A DNA stretch of 45,504 bases from an uncultured Gammaproteobacteria bacterium. GTDB taxonomy: Bacteria > Patescibacteriota > Microgenomatia > UBA12405. Below the pieces are notes generated by a model. That model was not told the DNA's origin, did not search any database, and saw only the letters and a list, made by a program, of their open reading frames with translations. A program made the translations under genes and the position numbers. The stretch is from assembly GCA_964638385.1 (NCBI GenBank), contig CAZWZK010000001.1, positions 1,945-47,448 on the forward strand, in the 5' to 3' direction. This document shows, in pieces, positions 26,100 to 36,075 of this stretch; within the stretch, counting starts at the first letter, position 1, and each line of letters begins with the position of its first letter.

Positions 26100-27567
26100 A
26101 CTAAAAAAATTCTTGCTTTCTAATTTAGTGTTAATTTTCATCCTTATAATAGGTGCTTTTTTGAGGCTTTACAAAATCGATGGGTATATGGAGTTTTTAG
26201 GGGATCAAGGTCGTGATGTCTATATTATTCGTGATTTATTCAAAAATGGTAATCTTTTCTTTATTGGTCCACAAACCAGCATCGGTAACATGTATCTTGG
26301 TCCATGGTTTTATTATTTAATCGCGCCAGCTCTACTCTTGGCCAATTTCAATCCGATCGGCCCAGCAATTTTTATTGCCATTATAAATATTGCTACCATC
26401 GCTCTTATCTACTATGTCTGTCAAAAATGGTTTAACCGCTCAGTTGGTCTAATTTCTGCTTTCCTTTTCAGTATTTCTCCTGTAGTCATCAAATATTCAA
26501 ACTTTATTTGGAACCCAAATATTATGCCATTCTTCTCCTTACTCTTTATCTATTTCTTTTTTGAAGCTGTTTTCCATCATAAATATAAAAACTTCCTTTT
26601 TGCTTCACTTTCATTCGTTATGGTTATCAACAGCCATTATATAGGTTTAGCCCTTTTACCTTTCCCGGGTCTTTGCTGGTTAGTTATCTTAATTAAGTTA
26701 ATTTATTCAAAATCAAAACATTTAAAACCTTTTTTAACTAATACCTTCCTGGCTGGAATTATTTTTGCCGCTTCTTTAATTCCTCAAATTTTATTCGATA
26801 TTAAACATAATGGCCAAAATATCAAAGCCTTAATCAGTTTTTTTACTTATCGGGAAACTACCGTCAATATTAAGCCCTACAAAGCTATCCCTGAACTTCC
26901 TTTGATTTTTAATCAGATTAATACCGACCTAATCTCTGGTAGAAATATTCAAATGGGTATAATCGTCAGTTCTATTTTTGCTCTACTTATAATTTTGTTT
27001 TTATTCAGAGACAAGAAAAATAAAACCAAATTTTGGGTTATTTTGGGATGGTATTTATTCGGACTAATCGCTCTTGCTTTATACAAACAACATATCTACG
27101 CCCATTATTTTGCTTTTCTCTTCCCAGTTGTTTTTATCTTGATCGCTGTTCTAATTAACCGTTTCAAAATAATTGGTGTCCCTCTCTTATTTTTAATCAG
27201 TTACTTATCTATTACTAATACCCATCTTAAGACTCCTCCAAGTTATCAACTAAATCATTCCAAAAATATTGCTCTGGCTATCAATGAACATCTTTCGAAT
27301 TCAGATGGAAAATATAACATTTCCATGTTGGCTTCATACAATGACTTCCGAGCCTTAGCCCCGCGTTATTTTATCAATCAGACTAATCTCCTTTCTCAAG
27401 AGCTTTACCAAGAAGCCGACACTCTATTTGTAATTTTAGACGATCCACGTAAATGGCCCGATGGTGTTAATTCCGACATTTGGGAAATAAACGTCTTTGA
27501 AAGCAAAAAAATAGACCAAGAGTTCAACAGTGTTGATGGCACAAAAATTATTAAATTGATCAAATAA
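26092..27567 (+). CDS. GT-C-like polytopic membrane glycosyltransferase (GT39/83-like), paralog of 1..1515
   Basis: The GTG start overlaps the upstream GT2 by 8 nt. About 11-13 hydrophobic segments. First-loop acidic motif FLGDQGRDVYIIRD. C-terminal soluble domain. Confidence 0.7.
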   Translation: MLKLKKFLLSNLVLIFILIIGAFLRLYKIDGYMEFLGDQGRDVYIIRDLFKNGNLFFIGPQTSIGNMYLGPWFYYLIAPALLLANFNPIGPAIFIAIINIATIALIYYVCQKWFNRSVGLISAFLFSISPVVIKYSNFIWNPNIMPFFSLLFIYFFFEAVFHHKYKNFLFASLSFVMVINSHYIGLALLPFPGLCWLVILIKLIYSKSKHLKPFLTNTFLAGIIFAASLIPQILFDIKHNGQNIKALISFFTYRETTVNIKPYKAIPELPLIFNQINTDLISGRNIQMGIIVSSIFALLIILFLFRDKKNKTKFWVILGWYLFGLIALALYKQHIYAHYFAFLFPVVFILIAVLINRFKIIGVPLLFLISYLSITNTHLKTPPSYQLNHSKNIALAINEHLSNSDGKYNISMLASYNDFRALAPRYFINQTNLLSQELYQEADTLFVILDDPRKWPDGVNSDIWEINVFESKKIDQEFNSVDGTKIIKLIK

Positions 27568-27607
27568 TAAAACACCTAAAGTTAATTTTTTGTATAATTA
27601 AATCAAG

Positions 27608-28375
27608 ATGAATTCTATATCAATTGTCATTCCTTGCTACAACGAAGAAAATAATCTCAAAAGGGGAGTTTTATCTGAAGTTTATGATTTTCTTAAAACC
27701 CAACAAATTGACTGGGAAGTTATCGTCTGCAACGATGAATCGACGGATAACAGTTTGAAATTAGCCCAAGATTTCGTTTCCAAGCACAAAGGTTTCCGTT
27801 GTCTCGATTTACCTCATGGGGGTAAACCATCAGCTGTCTGGGGAGGAATCAAAGAAGCCAAATTCCCAATTGTCTTGTTTACTGACATGGATCAATCCAC
27901 TCCTTTAAAGGAATTGACTAAGCTCATGCCTTATTTTGATCAAGGTTATGATGTTGTTATTGGGTCTCGTGGCATTGATCGCCAAGGGGCTTCTCTCGTC
28001 AGAAAAATTATGGCTCGAGGTTTTCTACTCGGTCGCCGTTTATTTTTACTTCGCAATATTATTGATACTCAATGTGGATTTAAGGCTTTCAAAACCGATT
28101 TAGCCAAAAAACTATTTCCAGAACTCCAATTTTTTAAAGATAAAAGTGAAAAGAAAGGTTGGCGAGTCTCTGCTTTCGATGTTGAATTGTTATTTATGAC
28201 CCAAAAATGGGGATATAAAATCAAAGAAGTTTTAGTTAATTGGAAAGATGAAGATTCTAGTACTACCAAAGGTGACGATGCTACCCGTTTCAAAAAAGAA
28301 TCAAAACAAATGCTCCAAGAAATTATCCGAGTCAAACGCAATGATTTACGGGGTCTATATGATCAAAAAAAATAA
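27608..28375 (+). CDS. GT2 glycosyltransferase, polyprenyl-phosphate-sugar synthase-like (second copy)
   Basis: VIPCYNEENNL, CNDESTDNS, HGGKPSAVWGG, DxD FTDMDQST, DTQCGFKAF. TATAAT at 27593-27598 lies 9 nt upstream of the ATG. Confidence 0.85.
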   Translation: MNSISIVIPCYNEENNLKRGVLSEVYDFLKTQQIDWEVIVCNDESTDNSLKLAQDFVSKHKGFRCLDLPHGGKPSAVWGGIKEAKFPIVLFTDMDQSTPLKELTKLMPYFDQGYDVVIGSRGIDRQGASLVRKIMARGFLLGRRLFLLRNIIDTQCGFKAFKTDLAKKLFPELQFFKDKSEKKGWRVSAFDVELLFMTQKWGYKIKEVLVNWKDEDSSTTKGDDATRFKKESKQMLQEIIRVKRNDLRGLYDQKK

Positions 28376-29885
28376 CTTTTTTCTCAAGTTCGTTTTATTT
28401 CTAGTAATTTTTGTTTTTTATTTCTTAATTAGATTTCAAAACTTAAATTCTGTTCCAGTTTTTGGTGATGAAGCTATATATGTCCGCTGGTCTCAAATTA
28501 TCAAAAACGAAGAAACTCTTCGATTTATTCCTCAAACAGACGGCAAACAACCACTCTTTATGTGGTTCACCGCTGTTGCTATTCGTTTCATCAGTGATCC
28601 TTTAGCTGCTGGCAGAATCATTTCCATTATCTCCGGATCGCTTATCATGTTAGCTGTTTTTTTAATTACTTGTCTTGTTGTTGATTTTAATTTCCCCGCC
28701 AGAGATCCAATAAAATTTATTAAAGAATCAATCCGTGATAATTTTTATTATGGTTTTCTTTCTTTAATTATTTACACTTTATTACCTTTTTCTTTCTTTT
28801 TCGATCGATTAGCTGTTCCTGATAACACTTTATCTTTGTTTGGAGCTTGGTCACTTTTCTTTTCATTATTATTAGCCAAATTCCGCCGTCTTGATTTATC
28901 TCTTATTTTAGGTATGGTCTTAGGTCTTTCTTGGTTAACCAAATCTCCGGCAATCTATTTTGTTATTTTATCTATTTTTACTTACTTAATCTTCAATCTA
29001 AAACACCTCAAAACCACCTATTTACCAGTTTTATCTGCTGCCTTAGCTTTTGTTATTTACAACATTCTTCGACTTGGCCCTCAATTTCAAATGATTGCTC
29101 TTCGTAACAAAGATTATATTTGGACAATTGGTGAAATCTTAAAACATCCATTAGATCCACTTAAACCACATCTTGGTGACACTTTGGTTATTTTTGGCCA
29201 ATATATTTCCTGGCCAATTTTAATCTTCGCTATCATCGGTATATTTTTATTCCTCTTTTACAAAAAAAATACTCAATTTTTTGTTCTAGCCTCATGGGCA
29301 TTTCTTCCGTTAATTGCCAATGCTGCTATGGCCAAAGTTTTTACTGCTAGATATATTCTTTTTATTCTTCCGCCCCTTATTGTTTTGATTAGTGTTGGTT
29401 TGTCAGTTTTCTTCAAAAATAATTTTTCTCGAGTTCTTTTTGTTTTAATTTTATTAATCCCCAATATCCTTTGGATTAAACAAATATCAACTGACTCGTT
29501 TAACACCAAACTATCTAGTACTGAAACTGGTTACCTTTCTGGTTGGACATCAGGATGGGGGATCAAAGAAGTTTCTGAATTTTTAAAGATACGGGCTCGA
29601 GAAGTTAATGTTATCGTTGGCACTGAAGGAGCTTTTGGTACGTTGCCAGACGGTTTACAAATTTACACTGATCACGTCAACCAGCTAACCGTTATTGGAT
29701 TAGGCCTTGGATTCACTGAAATACCAAGTAATCTTGCCAACGCTCGTGCTTATGGTGATGAAGTCTATTTACTTACTAATAAATCAAGATTTACTGTTTC
29801 TAGTTTAAGTCAGGACAAACTCGAATTAGTTAAAGATTATTCAAAACCAGACGGAGATAGTCTGCTTCTTTATAAATTAAAATAA
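28359..29885 (+). CDS. GT-C-like polytopic membrane glycosyltransferase (ArnT/PMT-like)
   Basis: The ATG at 28359 (MIKKNNFFLKF) overlaps the upstream GT2 by 17 nt. First-loop motif PVFGDEAIYVRW is typical of the ArnT/PMT DE motif. Many TM segments and a C-terminal soluble domain. Confidence 0.75.
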   Translation: MIKKNNFFLKFVLFLVIFVFYFLIRFQNLNSVPVFGDEAIYVRWSQIIKNEETLRFIPQTDGKQPLFMWFTAVAIRFISDPLAAGRIISIISGSLIMLAVFLITCLVVDFNFPARDPIKFIKESIRDNFYYGFLSLIIYTLLPFSFFFDRLAVPDNTLSLFGAWSLFFSLLLAKFRRLDLSLILGMVLGLSWLTKSPAIYFVILSIFTYLIFNLKHLKTTYLPVLSAALAFVIYNILRLGPQFQMIALRNKDYIWTIGEILKHPLDPLKPHLGDTLVIFGQYISWPILIFAIIGIFLFLFYKKNTQFFVLASWAFLPLIANAAMAKVFTARYILFILPPLIVLISVGLSVFFKNNFSRVLFVLILLIPNILWIKQISTDSFNTKLSSTETGYLSGWTSGWGIKEVSEFLKIRAREVNVIVGTEGAFGTLPDGLQIYTDHVNQLTVIGLGLGFTEIPSNLANARAYGDEVYLLTNKSRFTVSSLSQDKLELVKDYSKPDGDSLLLYKLK

Positions 29886-29907
29886 CTCTAGCTGTTAAAA
29901 TATAACC

Positions 29908-31656
29908 ATGTCTAAAATCATCAAACATAAATTATTCTGGCCCATTCTGACTTTTATCCTAACCATACCAGCTTTTTTCTTCCTTCTTAAACCAGGATAT
30001 TTCAATATGCATGATGATATGCAGATGATTCGTCAACTTGAAATGGAAAAGTGTCTCAAAGATGGCCAAATTCCTTGCCGATGGACTCCTGATCTTGGAT
30101 ATGGATATGGATATCCTCTTTTTAATTTTTATCCACCTATGCCTTATTTGGTTGGTCAAGTTTATCGTACGGTTGGATTTTCTTATGTAAACTCTGTCAA
30201 AGCTACAGCCCTAACTCAAATTGTCCTTGCGGCTGCTTTTATGTTTTTATTAGCAAGTTCTATTTTTGGACCTATTGGCGGCTTTATTGCTTCTATTTTT
30301 TACACCTACGCTCCATATCACGCCCTCAATATCTTTGTTAGAGGTGCTATGAATGAAGCTTGGGCTGCTGTCTTTTTTCCTCTGGTTTTTTACTTCTCTA
30401 GACGGCTTATATTAGAAAAGAAAAATAAATTTATTTTCGGCCTCGGAGCCTCATTTGCCGGCATTCTTCTGTCTCACAACCCTATGGCTCTGACATTCAC
30501 CCCAATTCTTTTTCTTTGGGTAATTTTTTGGATCTTTACTCAATACAAAAAACCATTTGGTACTTTTTTTAAAAAACAACTGCCTTTAGTTCTAAAACTA
30601 GTTTTTTCTGGTTTATTTGCTGCTGGTTTAACTGCCTTTTATACCTTTCCAGTTATATTGGAAACAAAATATGTCCAAATTAACACCATGTTCGAAGGTT
30701 ATTATCATTTCTCTGTTCATTTCGCCGGTCTTTTTCAGCTTTTTATTAGTAATTTTTGGGGTGATGGTGCTTCAGTCTGGGGGCCAAACGATGATATGTC
30801 GTTTATGATCGGTTATCTTCATTGGATTATTCCGTTTATTATTTTAATTTTTGCTGCTGTTTCTATTTTTAAGTCCAGAAAAAAACTTAACAAAATTGAT
30901 TCCAAAATCTGGTTAGTTTTATTAACTATCTTTATGGGTTTAAGTGCTGTTTTTATGACCCACAACAAATCCACTTTTATTTGGTTGGCTCTCCCAATTA
31001 TCCAAAAAATTCAATTCCCTTGGCGATTTCTAAACCACGCTGCTTTTCTTCTTTCTTTTTCTGCTGGTGGTATTGTTTTGGTCATTAACAAATATTTACC
31101 AAAAAAGAATCTTTTAGCTTCGTTAATTCTTGCCTTAATTGTTTTAGGTATTAATATTAGTTACTTTACTCCAATTCATTCTGGCCCAATCACTGACGAA
31201 CAAAAATTTTCTGGTAAAGCTTGGGTAAATCAAGTTACTTCAGGAATTTATGATTATCTACCCAACACCGCTAGAATTGCTGCCTTGGGTCCAGCCAAAG
31301 ATTATGTTGATGAAATCTTCCCCGTAGACACCTTCTATACCATTTCAAATGGTCAAAAAGGTAGTGATTGGATGATTTTTAATATCAATATTAATAAACC
31401 AGCAACGGTTACCTTGGCACAACTTGCTTTTCCAAACTTTAAAGTAACCGACAATGGTCAAGAAATATCTTCCAGAATAGAACCAGAACTAGGTCGTTTA
31501 GTTCTTGAACTTTCTGCTGGTGATCATCAATTATTGGTTAAATTTACCAATACTCCAGTTCGGACTATCTCTAATTATATTTCTTTAGCCGCTTGGTTAT
31601 TTTTTGGATTTTTCTTACTAAAACCTTTATGGCTGAAGTTGATCTCCAAGAAATAA
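29908..31656 (+). CDS. Large polytopic membrane protein, GT-C-like (PTPS-related/YfhO-like membrane protein type)
   Basis: LLKPGYFNMHDDMQMIRQLE..IPCRWTPDLGYGYGYPLFNFYPPMPY after TM1. More than 10 TM segments. C-terminal beta-rich domain followed by a final TM segment. Confidence 0.55.
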   Translation: MSKIIKHKLFWPILTFILTIPAFFFLLKPGYFNMHDDMQMIRQLEMEKCLKDGQIPCRWTPDLGYGYGYPLFNFYPPMPYLVGQVYRTVGFSYVNSVKATALTQIVLAAAFMFLLASSIFGPIGGFIASIFYTYAPYHALNIFVRGAMNEAWAAVFFPLVFYFSRRLILEKKNKFIFGLGASFAGILLSHNPMALTFTPILFLWVIFWIFTQYKKPFGTFFKKQLPLVLKLVFSGLFAAGLTAFYTFPVILETKYVQINTMFEGYYHFSVHFAGLFQLFISNFWGDGASVWGPNDDMSFMIGYLHWIIPFIILIFAAVSIFKSRKKLNKIDSKIWLVLLTIFMGLSAVFMTHNKSTFIWLALPIIQKIQFPWRFLNHAAFLLSFSAGGIVLVINKYLPKKNLLASLILALIVLGINISYFTPIHSGPITDEQKFSGKAWVNQVTSGIYDYLPNTARIAALGPAKDYVDEIFPVDTFYTISNGQKGSDWMIFNININKPATVTLAQLAFPNFKVTDNGQEISSRIEPELGRLVLELSAGDHQLLVKFTNTPVRTISNYISLAAWLFFGFFLLKPLWLKLISKK

Positions 31657-33071
31657 AACACAAAACCACCGCCAATGTTCTCTTTTTGTCGCTTAGAAAT
31701 ATTGGTATTCAGGCCATCTCATTTATTGGCTTTTTTTTACTAACTGTTTTACTTGGTACCGCTGACGTTGGTATTTTTGCCATCGTCTCCGAGTCTGTCA
31801 GTATTTTAGGTTACTTTTCTGATGTTGGTTTAGCTGCAGCTTTGATCCAACAAAAAACTGAAGTAACCAAAGATGAAATGCAAACAACTTTTACCATCCA
31901 ACAAATTCTTGTTGGCCTAGCCCTAGTTGTCGCCTTTTTTATTATTAGAAGCAAAAACTTAGGTGGAAATGAATTATGGATTGTTGCAGCTCTTTGTTTT
32001 TCTTTTGCTGCCGCTTCTCTCAAAACCATCCCTTCAGTCCTTCTAGAACGCCGTTTAAATTTTAAATTGATCTCTACTATCGATATTGTCGAAAATGTCA
32101 CTTTCTATGTTTTTGCCGTTCTTTTTGCATTTTTAGGTTTTGGAACTCTTTCTTATGCTATCGCTACTTTTATCCGTAGTGCTCTTGGTTTAATTATTAT
32201 CTACAGTTTTAGTTCCTGGCCAATTGGTTTTTCTTTATCCAAAGATGTTGCCAAAAAATTATTTAAATACGGTATCCCTTACCAATTAAATTCATTTATC
32301 TCTGTCGCCAAAGATAAATTATCAAACCTACTCGTTGCCGGTATTATTGGTACTACTTCATTTGGCCTTCTTTCATGGGCCCAAAAAGGACCTCGAATGC
32401 CACTTAGTTTTATGGATGCAATTATGAAAGTTACTTTCCCAACTTTTGCTCGTCTTCAAGATAACAAAGAGCTTTTAAAAAAATCCCTCGAAAAAAGTTT
32501 ATATTTTATTGCTTTAGTAGTTTTTCCTGTTTTAGTTGGAATTTCCTTTGTTGCCATTGATTTTGTTTATATTGTTCCCAAATACACCAAATGGCTTCCA
32601 GCTATTTTCCCAATGTATTTATATTCATTTAACTATGCCATAGCCGCTATTACAACTCCTATCACTAACGCTTTCAATGCTATTGGTAAAATTACTCTCA
32701 CTACTAAATTTATGATTATGTGGACCGTTTTAACCTGGATATTTTACCCATTACTTAGTTGGAAATTTGGATATATTGGAACTGTTTGGGCCGCTGTTAT
32801 AGTTGGTCTTAGTTCTTTTGCTGTTTGGGTTATTTCTCGAAAGTATTTTGATTTAAATATCTTCTATTCCATCAGGAAACCATTCTTTGGATCTCTCGCT
32901 ATGGTTTTTGTTTTGGTTCTTATTAATTTTCTTTCCCTAAGTCCATTAGTTAATATCCTCACCAAAATATTATTTGGTGTTATCACGTATGGATTATTTT
33001 TATTTGTTTTTTCCAAAGAAGAAGTGAATTGGTTCTTGCAACAACTCCAATGTCTAAAAAACAGAAAATAA
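31629..33071 (+). CDS. Wzx-like (MOP superfamily) polysaccharide/oligosaccharide flippase
   Basis: The ATG at 31629 (MAEVDLQEIKHK..). About 12-14 TM segments. The N-terminus VLFLSLRNIGIQAISFIGFFLL is typical of polysaccharide biosynthesis protein family members. Confidence 0.7.
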   Translation: MAEVDLQEIKHKTTANVLFLSLRNIGIQAISFIGFFLLTVLLGTADVGIFAIVSESVSILGYFSDVGLAAALIQQKTEVTKDEMQTTFTIQQILVGLALVVAFFIIRSKNLGGNELWIVAALCFSFAAASLKTIPSVLLERRLNFKLISTIDIVENVTFYVFAVLFAFLGFGTLSYAIATFIRSALGLIIIYSFSSWPIGFSLSKDVAKKLFKYGIPYQLNSFISVAKDKLSNLLVAGIIGTTSFGLLSWAQKGPRMPLSFMDAIMKVTFPTFARLQDNKELLKKSLEKSLYFIALVVFPVLVGISFVAIDFVYIVPKYTKWLPAIFPMYLYSFNYAIAAITTPITNAFNAIGKITLTTKFMIMWTVLTWIFYPLLSWKFGYIGTVWAAVIVGLSSFAVWVISRKYFDLNIFYSIRKPFFGSLAMVFVLVLINFLSLSPLVNILTKILFGVITYGLFLFVFSKEEVNWFLQQLQCLKNRK

Positions 33072-36058
33072 TAAACATTATTTTGTTTATTGCTATTTTT
33101 TTCTTTAGTTTATCTCAACCAATTTTTGCTCAAAAAGAAAAATTTGTCGTCAATATTAACCCCGTTCGTGGTCTCGATTTTTGGAAACTAGGTATTTCTC
33201 CCACTGATTATGTAAATTTTCAAAAAGAAATTTCTCAAAAAAACAATTTTCCTATTACATGGCTAATCCGTCCTGACTTTTATCTTCCTTCAAAAGACAA
33301 TTATTTTCAGGATCAAAAATTCAAAAATGATGACCTTGGTATTTTTTTAGAGGTTACTCCTTCATGGACAAAACCTTTAAATATCGATTACAAATCAAAT
33401 CTTCCTTGGTATCACTCACAAAATATTTTTCTTTCAGGGTACAACCCCTCTGACCGTGTCAAATTAATCGATTATGCTTTTGAAAACTTTAAAAATATCT
33501 TTGGTTATTACCCCAAAAGCGTTGGTGCTTGGCATATTGATCCTACTAGCGCTCAATATTTAGTCAAAAAATATCAAGTCAATAATTTTCTAATCTGTGC
33601 CGATCAAACCGCTACTGATGGTTATCAAATCTGGGGAGGCTGGTGGGGAATTCCATATTATCCATCAAAAGACAATCTATTAATACCTGCTGCTAAACCA
33701 TCCGACAAATTAAATGCTGTTATTATATTCTGGGCCCAAAGAGATCCAGTCAATGGTTATGGTGAAGGTCGTCACAGTCTTTATAGTCTTCAAGCCAACG
33801 ATTATTCCCAAATAAATTTAAAAACTGACTATTTTCATAAAATATCCGATATCTATCTAAATCAAACCACTAACAATTTTGGCCAAGTTACCATTGGATT
33901 AGAAAATGATAATTATCCAATTTACAAATCAGAATATCAAAATCAAATTAATGATCTTCAAAAGACCAATAGTAAATTTATTACTTCATCTCAATTTGCC
34001 GATTGGTATCTTTCACAAAATCCATCTTTATCACCTTCAGTCGAAATAACCGGCTCTGACCCACTAGATTCTGCCACTCAATTCAAATGGATTCTAAAAA
34101 CAGATAGCCGACAAGCTCTTTTCAAAACCAACAATAATGATTGGCAAACCAAAGATTTTCGCCAATATCAAGGTGAAATCGATGATTATCAATATTATCG
34201 AAATACCGAAAATGTTTTAAATTGGAAAATTTTAGCCAAAATTGATTCTGTTCTAAATTCAAAACAAGATAATCCTACTACCACCAACTATCATTTCGTC
34301 ATAGTTTTTTCTGCCATAATATTATTAGTTTTAGTTATGTATATATTTAAAAAAATCAAACTAATTCCCACTATCGTAGTCATCGTTGGTTCATTGGTTT
34401 TATCTTTAACTATGATTCGTAGTGGTATCAATTACAAATTTGGCTACGGTTTTTGGGGCCCAAATGGACACGATGGTATTTGGCACCTTAGCCTTATCAA
34501 TCAATTACAACAATCTATTCCTCCAAAAAACCCAGTTTTTAGCGGCACTATTCTCAATAATTATCATTGGGGCTTTGATCTTTTTGCTGCCGCTATTGGT
34601 AAAATCTTTAACAACAATAGTTTTGTATATTTTCAACTCCTACCCATCGTTTTTGCTTTGCTAATTGGCCTTTTTTCATATCAACTTATCGAAAAAGACA
34701 CTAAAAATTCTAAAAATGCGCTTCTGTTTGTTTTGGTTACTTATTTTTCCGGATCTTTTGGTTGGATCTATACCCTAATCAAATCCAAAACCATCCATGG
34801 CGAATCACTTTTCTGGTCTATGCAATCTGCTTCAACTCTTATTAATCCTCCCTTTGCTTTATCTCTTATCTTTATTCTAATTGGTCTAATTCTTTGGACA
34901 AAAAACTATTCCACAAAAAAATATTCTCTTGCTGTCTTAATTGGAATTATTTTTGGTCTTCTTGCTGGTATTAAAGTTTACTCAGGTATCTTAGTTGGCC
35001 TAACATTAGTAATTATTTGGCTTATCGATTTTATAAAAACCAAAAAAATTATCAACTTTAATTTTTTTGTTTGGGTCACCACTCTTTTTGTTTCACTCGT
35101 TTTTCTTACTCTATTAGGAGTTCTTCAAGGTTCATCTCTCCTCGAATTTAAACCTCTTTGGTTTGTTCATTCAATGATCGAATCTATTGATAAATTTTAT
35201 TTTCCCAAACTAGCAGCTTATCGCATCAATCTCTCTCAAAACCTCACTCTCATTAAATTTCCATTTTTTATAGCCATCGAATCGGTGTTAATTCTAATTT
35301 TTCTTGTTGGTAATATGGGTTTTAGAATCCTTGGTTTTGAATCAATTTATCAAAAAATAAAACACCACAATTTTTCTAATTTAGAAAAATTTTCTCTAAT
35401 TCTCATGTTTATTTCTTTTATTATTCCCATGCTTTTTGTCCAAAAGGGAACTGCGTGGAACACTATCCAATTCTTCTATTATTTTCTTTTCTTTTCTAAT
35501 ATTTTCTTTGCCCAAAAACTAACTTATCTAATTAAATCAAAACAAATTTCAAAAATATTTATCGCTGTTTTAATTTTATTTTTTTCCAATATCACCACCT
35601 ATTCCACTATCAAGGATTACCTAGGCAACCCACCTCCATCAGCCATTCCTCAAAAAGAAGTCCAAGCCTTAAACTTCCTCAAAAATCAACCTTCGGGAGT
35701 CGTTCTCACATTTCCTTATGATAAATTTGCCAAAGATAAATTAAACATGAGCACTCCTATTCCTATGTATTTATACGAAACTACTGCTTATGTCTCTGCT
35801 TATTCCAACAAACAGGTTTTTCTCGAAGATCAAATGAATCTCGATATTACAGGTTTCGATTGGCAATCACGTCGTAAATTAGTCGACAAATTCTTCAATA
35901 GTAATGACCAATTTTTTGCCCGTGGCTTTTTGGTCGACAATCAAATCAATTATATATATCTTATAAATAGTCAGAAATTTACTCTCGGTCCTTCACAACT
36001 TCAAATAGAAAAAATATTTGATAATGGGCCGGTTCAAATTTATAAAGTTCAAAGATGA
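33050..36058 (+). CDS. 1002-aa membrane protein: signal/anchor + ~400-aa extracytoplasmic domain + ~14-TM core + C-terminal domain (candidate polymerase/GT-C)
   Basis: The ATG at 33050 (MSKKQKIINIILFIAIFFFSLSQPIFAQ). A soluble region runs to about residue 410. A dense TM region begins YHFVIVFSAIILLVLVMYIF. Loop motif GPNGHDGIWHLSLINQL. No family was recognised with confidence. Confidence 0.5.
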   Translation: MSKKQKIINIILFIAIFFFSLSQPIFAQKEKFVVNINPVRGLDFWKLGISPTDYVNFQKEISQKNNFPITWLIRPDFYLPSKDNYFQDQKFKNDDLGIFLEVTPSWTKPLNIDYKSNLPWYHSQNIFLSGYNPSDRVKLIDYAFENFKNIFGYYPKSVGAWHIDPTSAQYLVKKYQVNNFLICADQTATDGYQIWGGWWGIPYYPSKDNLLIPAAKPSDKLNAVIIFWAQRDPVNGYGEGRHSLYSLQANDYSQINLKTDYFHKISDIYLNQTTNNFGQVTIGLENDNYPIYKSEYQNQINDLQKTNSKFITSSQFADWYLSQNPSLSPSVEITGSDPLDSATQFKWILKTDSRQALFKTNNNDWQTKDFRQYQGEIDDYQYYRNTENVLNWKILAKIDSVLNSKQDNPTTTNYHFVIVFSAIILLVLVMYIFKKIKLIPTIVVIVGSLVLSLTMIRSGINYKFGYGFWGPNGHDGIWHLSLINQLQQSIPPKNPVFSGTILNNYHWGFDLFAAAIGKIFNNNSFVYFQLLPIVFALLIGLFSYQLIEKDTKNSKNALLFVLVTYFSGSFGWIYTLIKSKTIHGESLFWSMQSASTLINPPFALSLIFILIGLILWTKNYSTKKYSLAVLIGIIFGLLAGIKVYSGILVGLTLVIIWLIDFIKTKKIINFNFFVWVTTLFVSLVFLTLLGVLQGSSLLEFKPLWFVHSMIESIDKFYFPKLAAYRINLSQNLTLIKFPFFIAIESVLILIFLVGNMGFRILGFESIYQKIKHHNFSNLEKFSLILMFISFIIPMLFVQKGTAWNTIQFFYYFLFFSNIFFAQKLTYLIKSKQISKIFIAVLILFFSNITTYSTIKDYLGNPPPSAIPQKEVQALNFLKNQPSGVVLTFPYDKFAKDKLNMSTPIPMYLYETTAYVSAYSNKQVFLEDQMNLDITGFDWQSRRKLVDKFFNSNDQFFARGFLVDNQINYIYLINSQKFTLGPSQLQIEKIFDNGPVQIYKVQR

Positions 36059-36075
36059 TAAACTAAACATAATTT

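Noticed and set aside
28365-28372. An A8 homopolymer lies exactly in the GT2/GT-C overlap, as a possible slipped-strand phase-variation switch. Similar A8/T8 runs occur at 39123-39130, 29262-29269, 23325-23332 and 22973-22980.
   Set aside because: Runs of 7-8 A or T are frequent throughout this AT-rich window, in housekeeping genes as well. Eight bases is at the low end for phase variation. Without population or read-level length polymorphism there is no support.
30097-30114. Tandem GGATAT x3 repeat.
   Set aside because: It is in frame within the 29908 gene and encodes GYGYGY in a conserved-looking loop. It is too short to be a meaningful repeat element.
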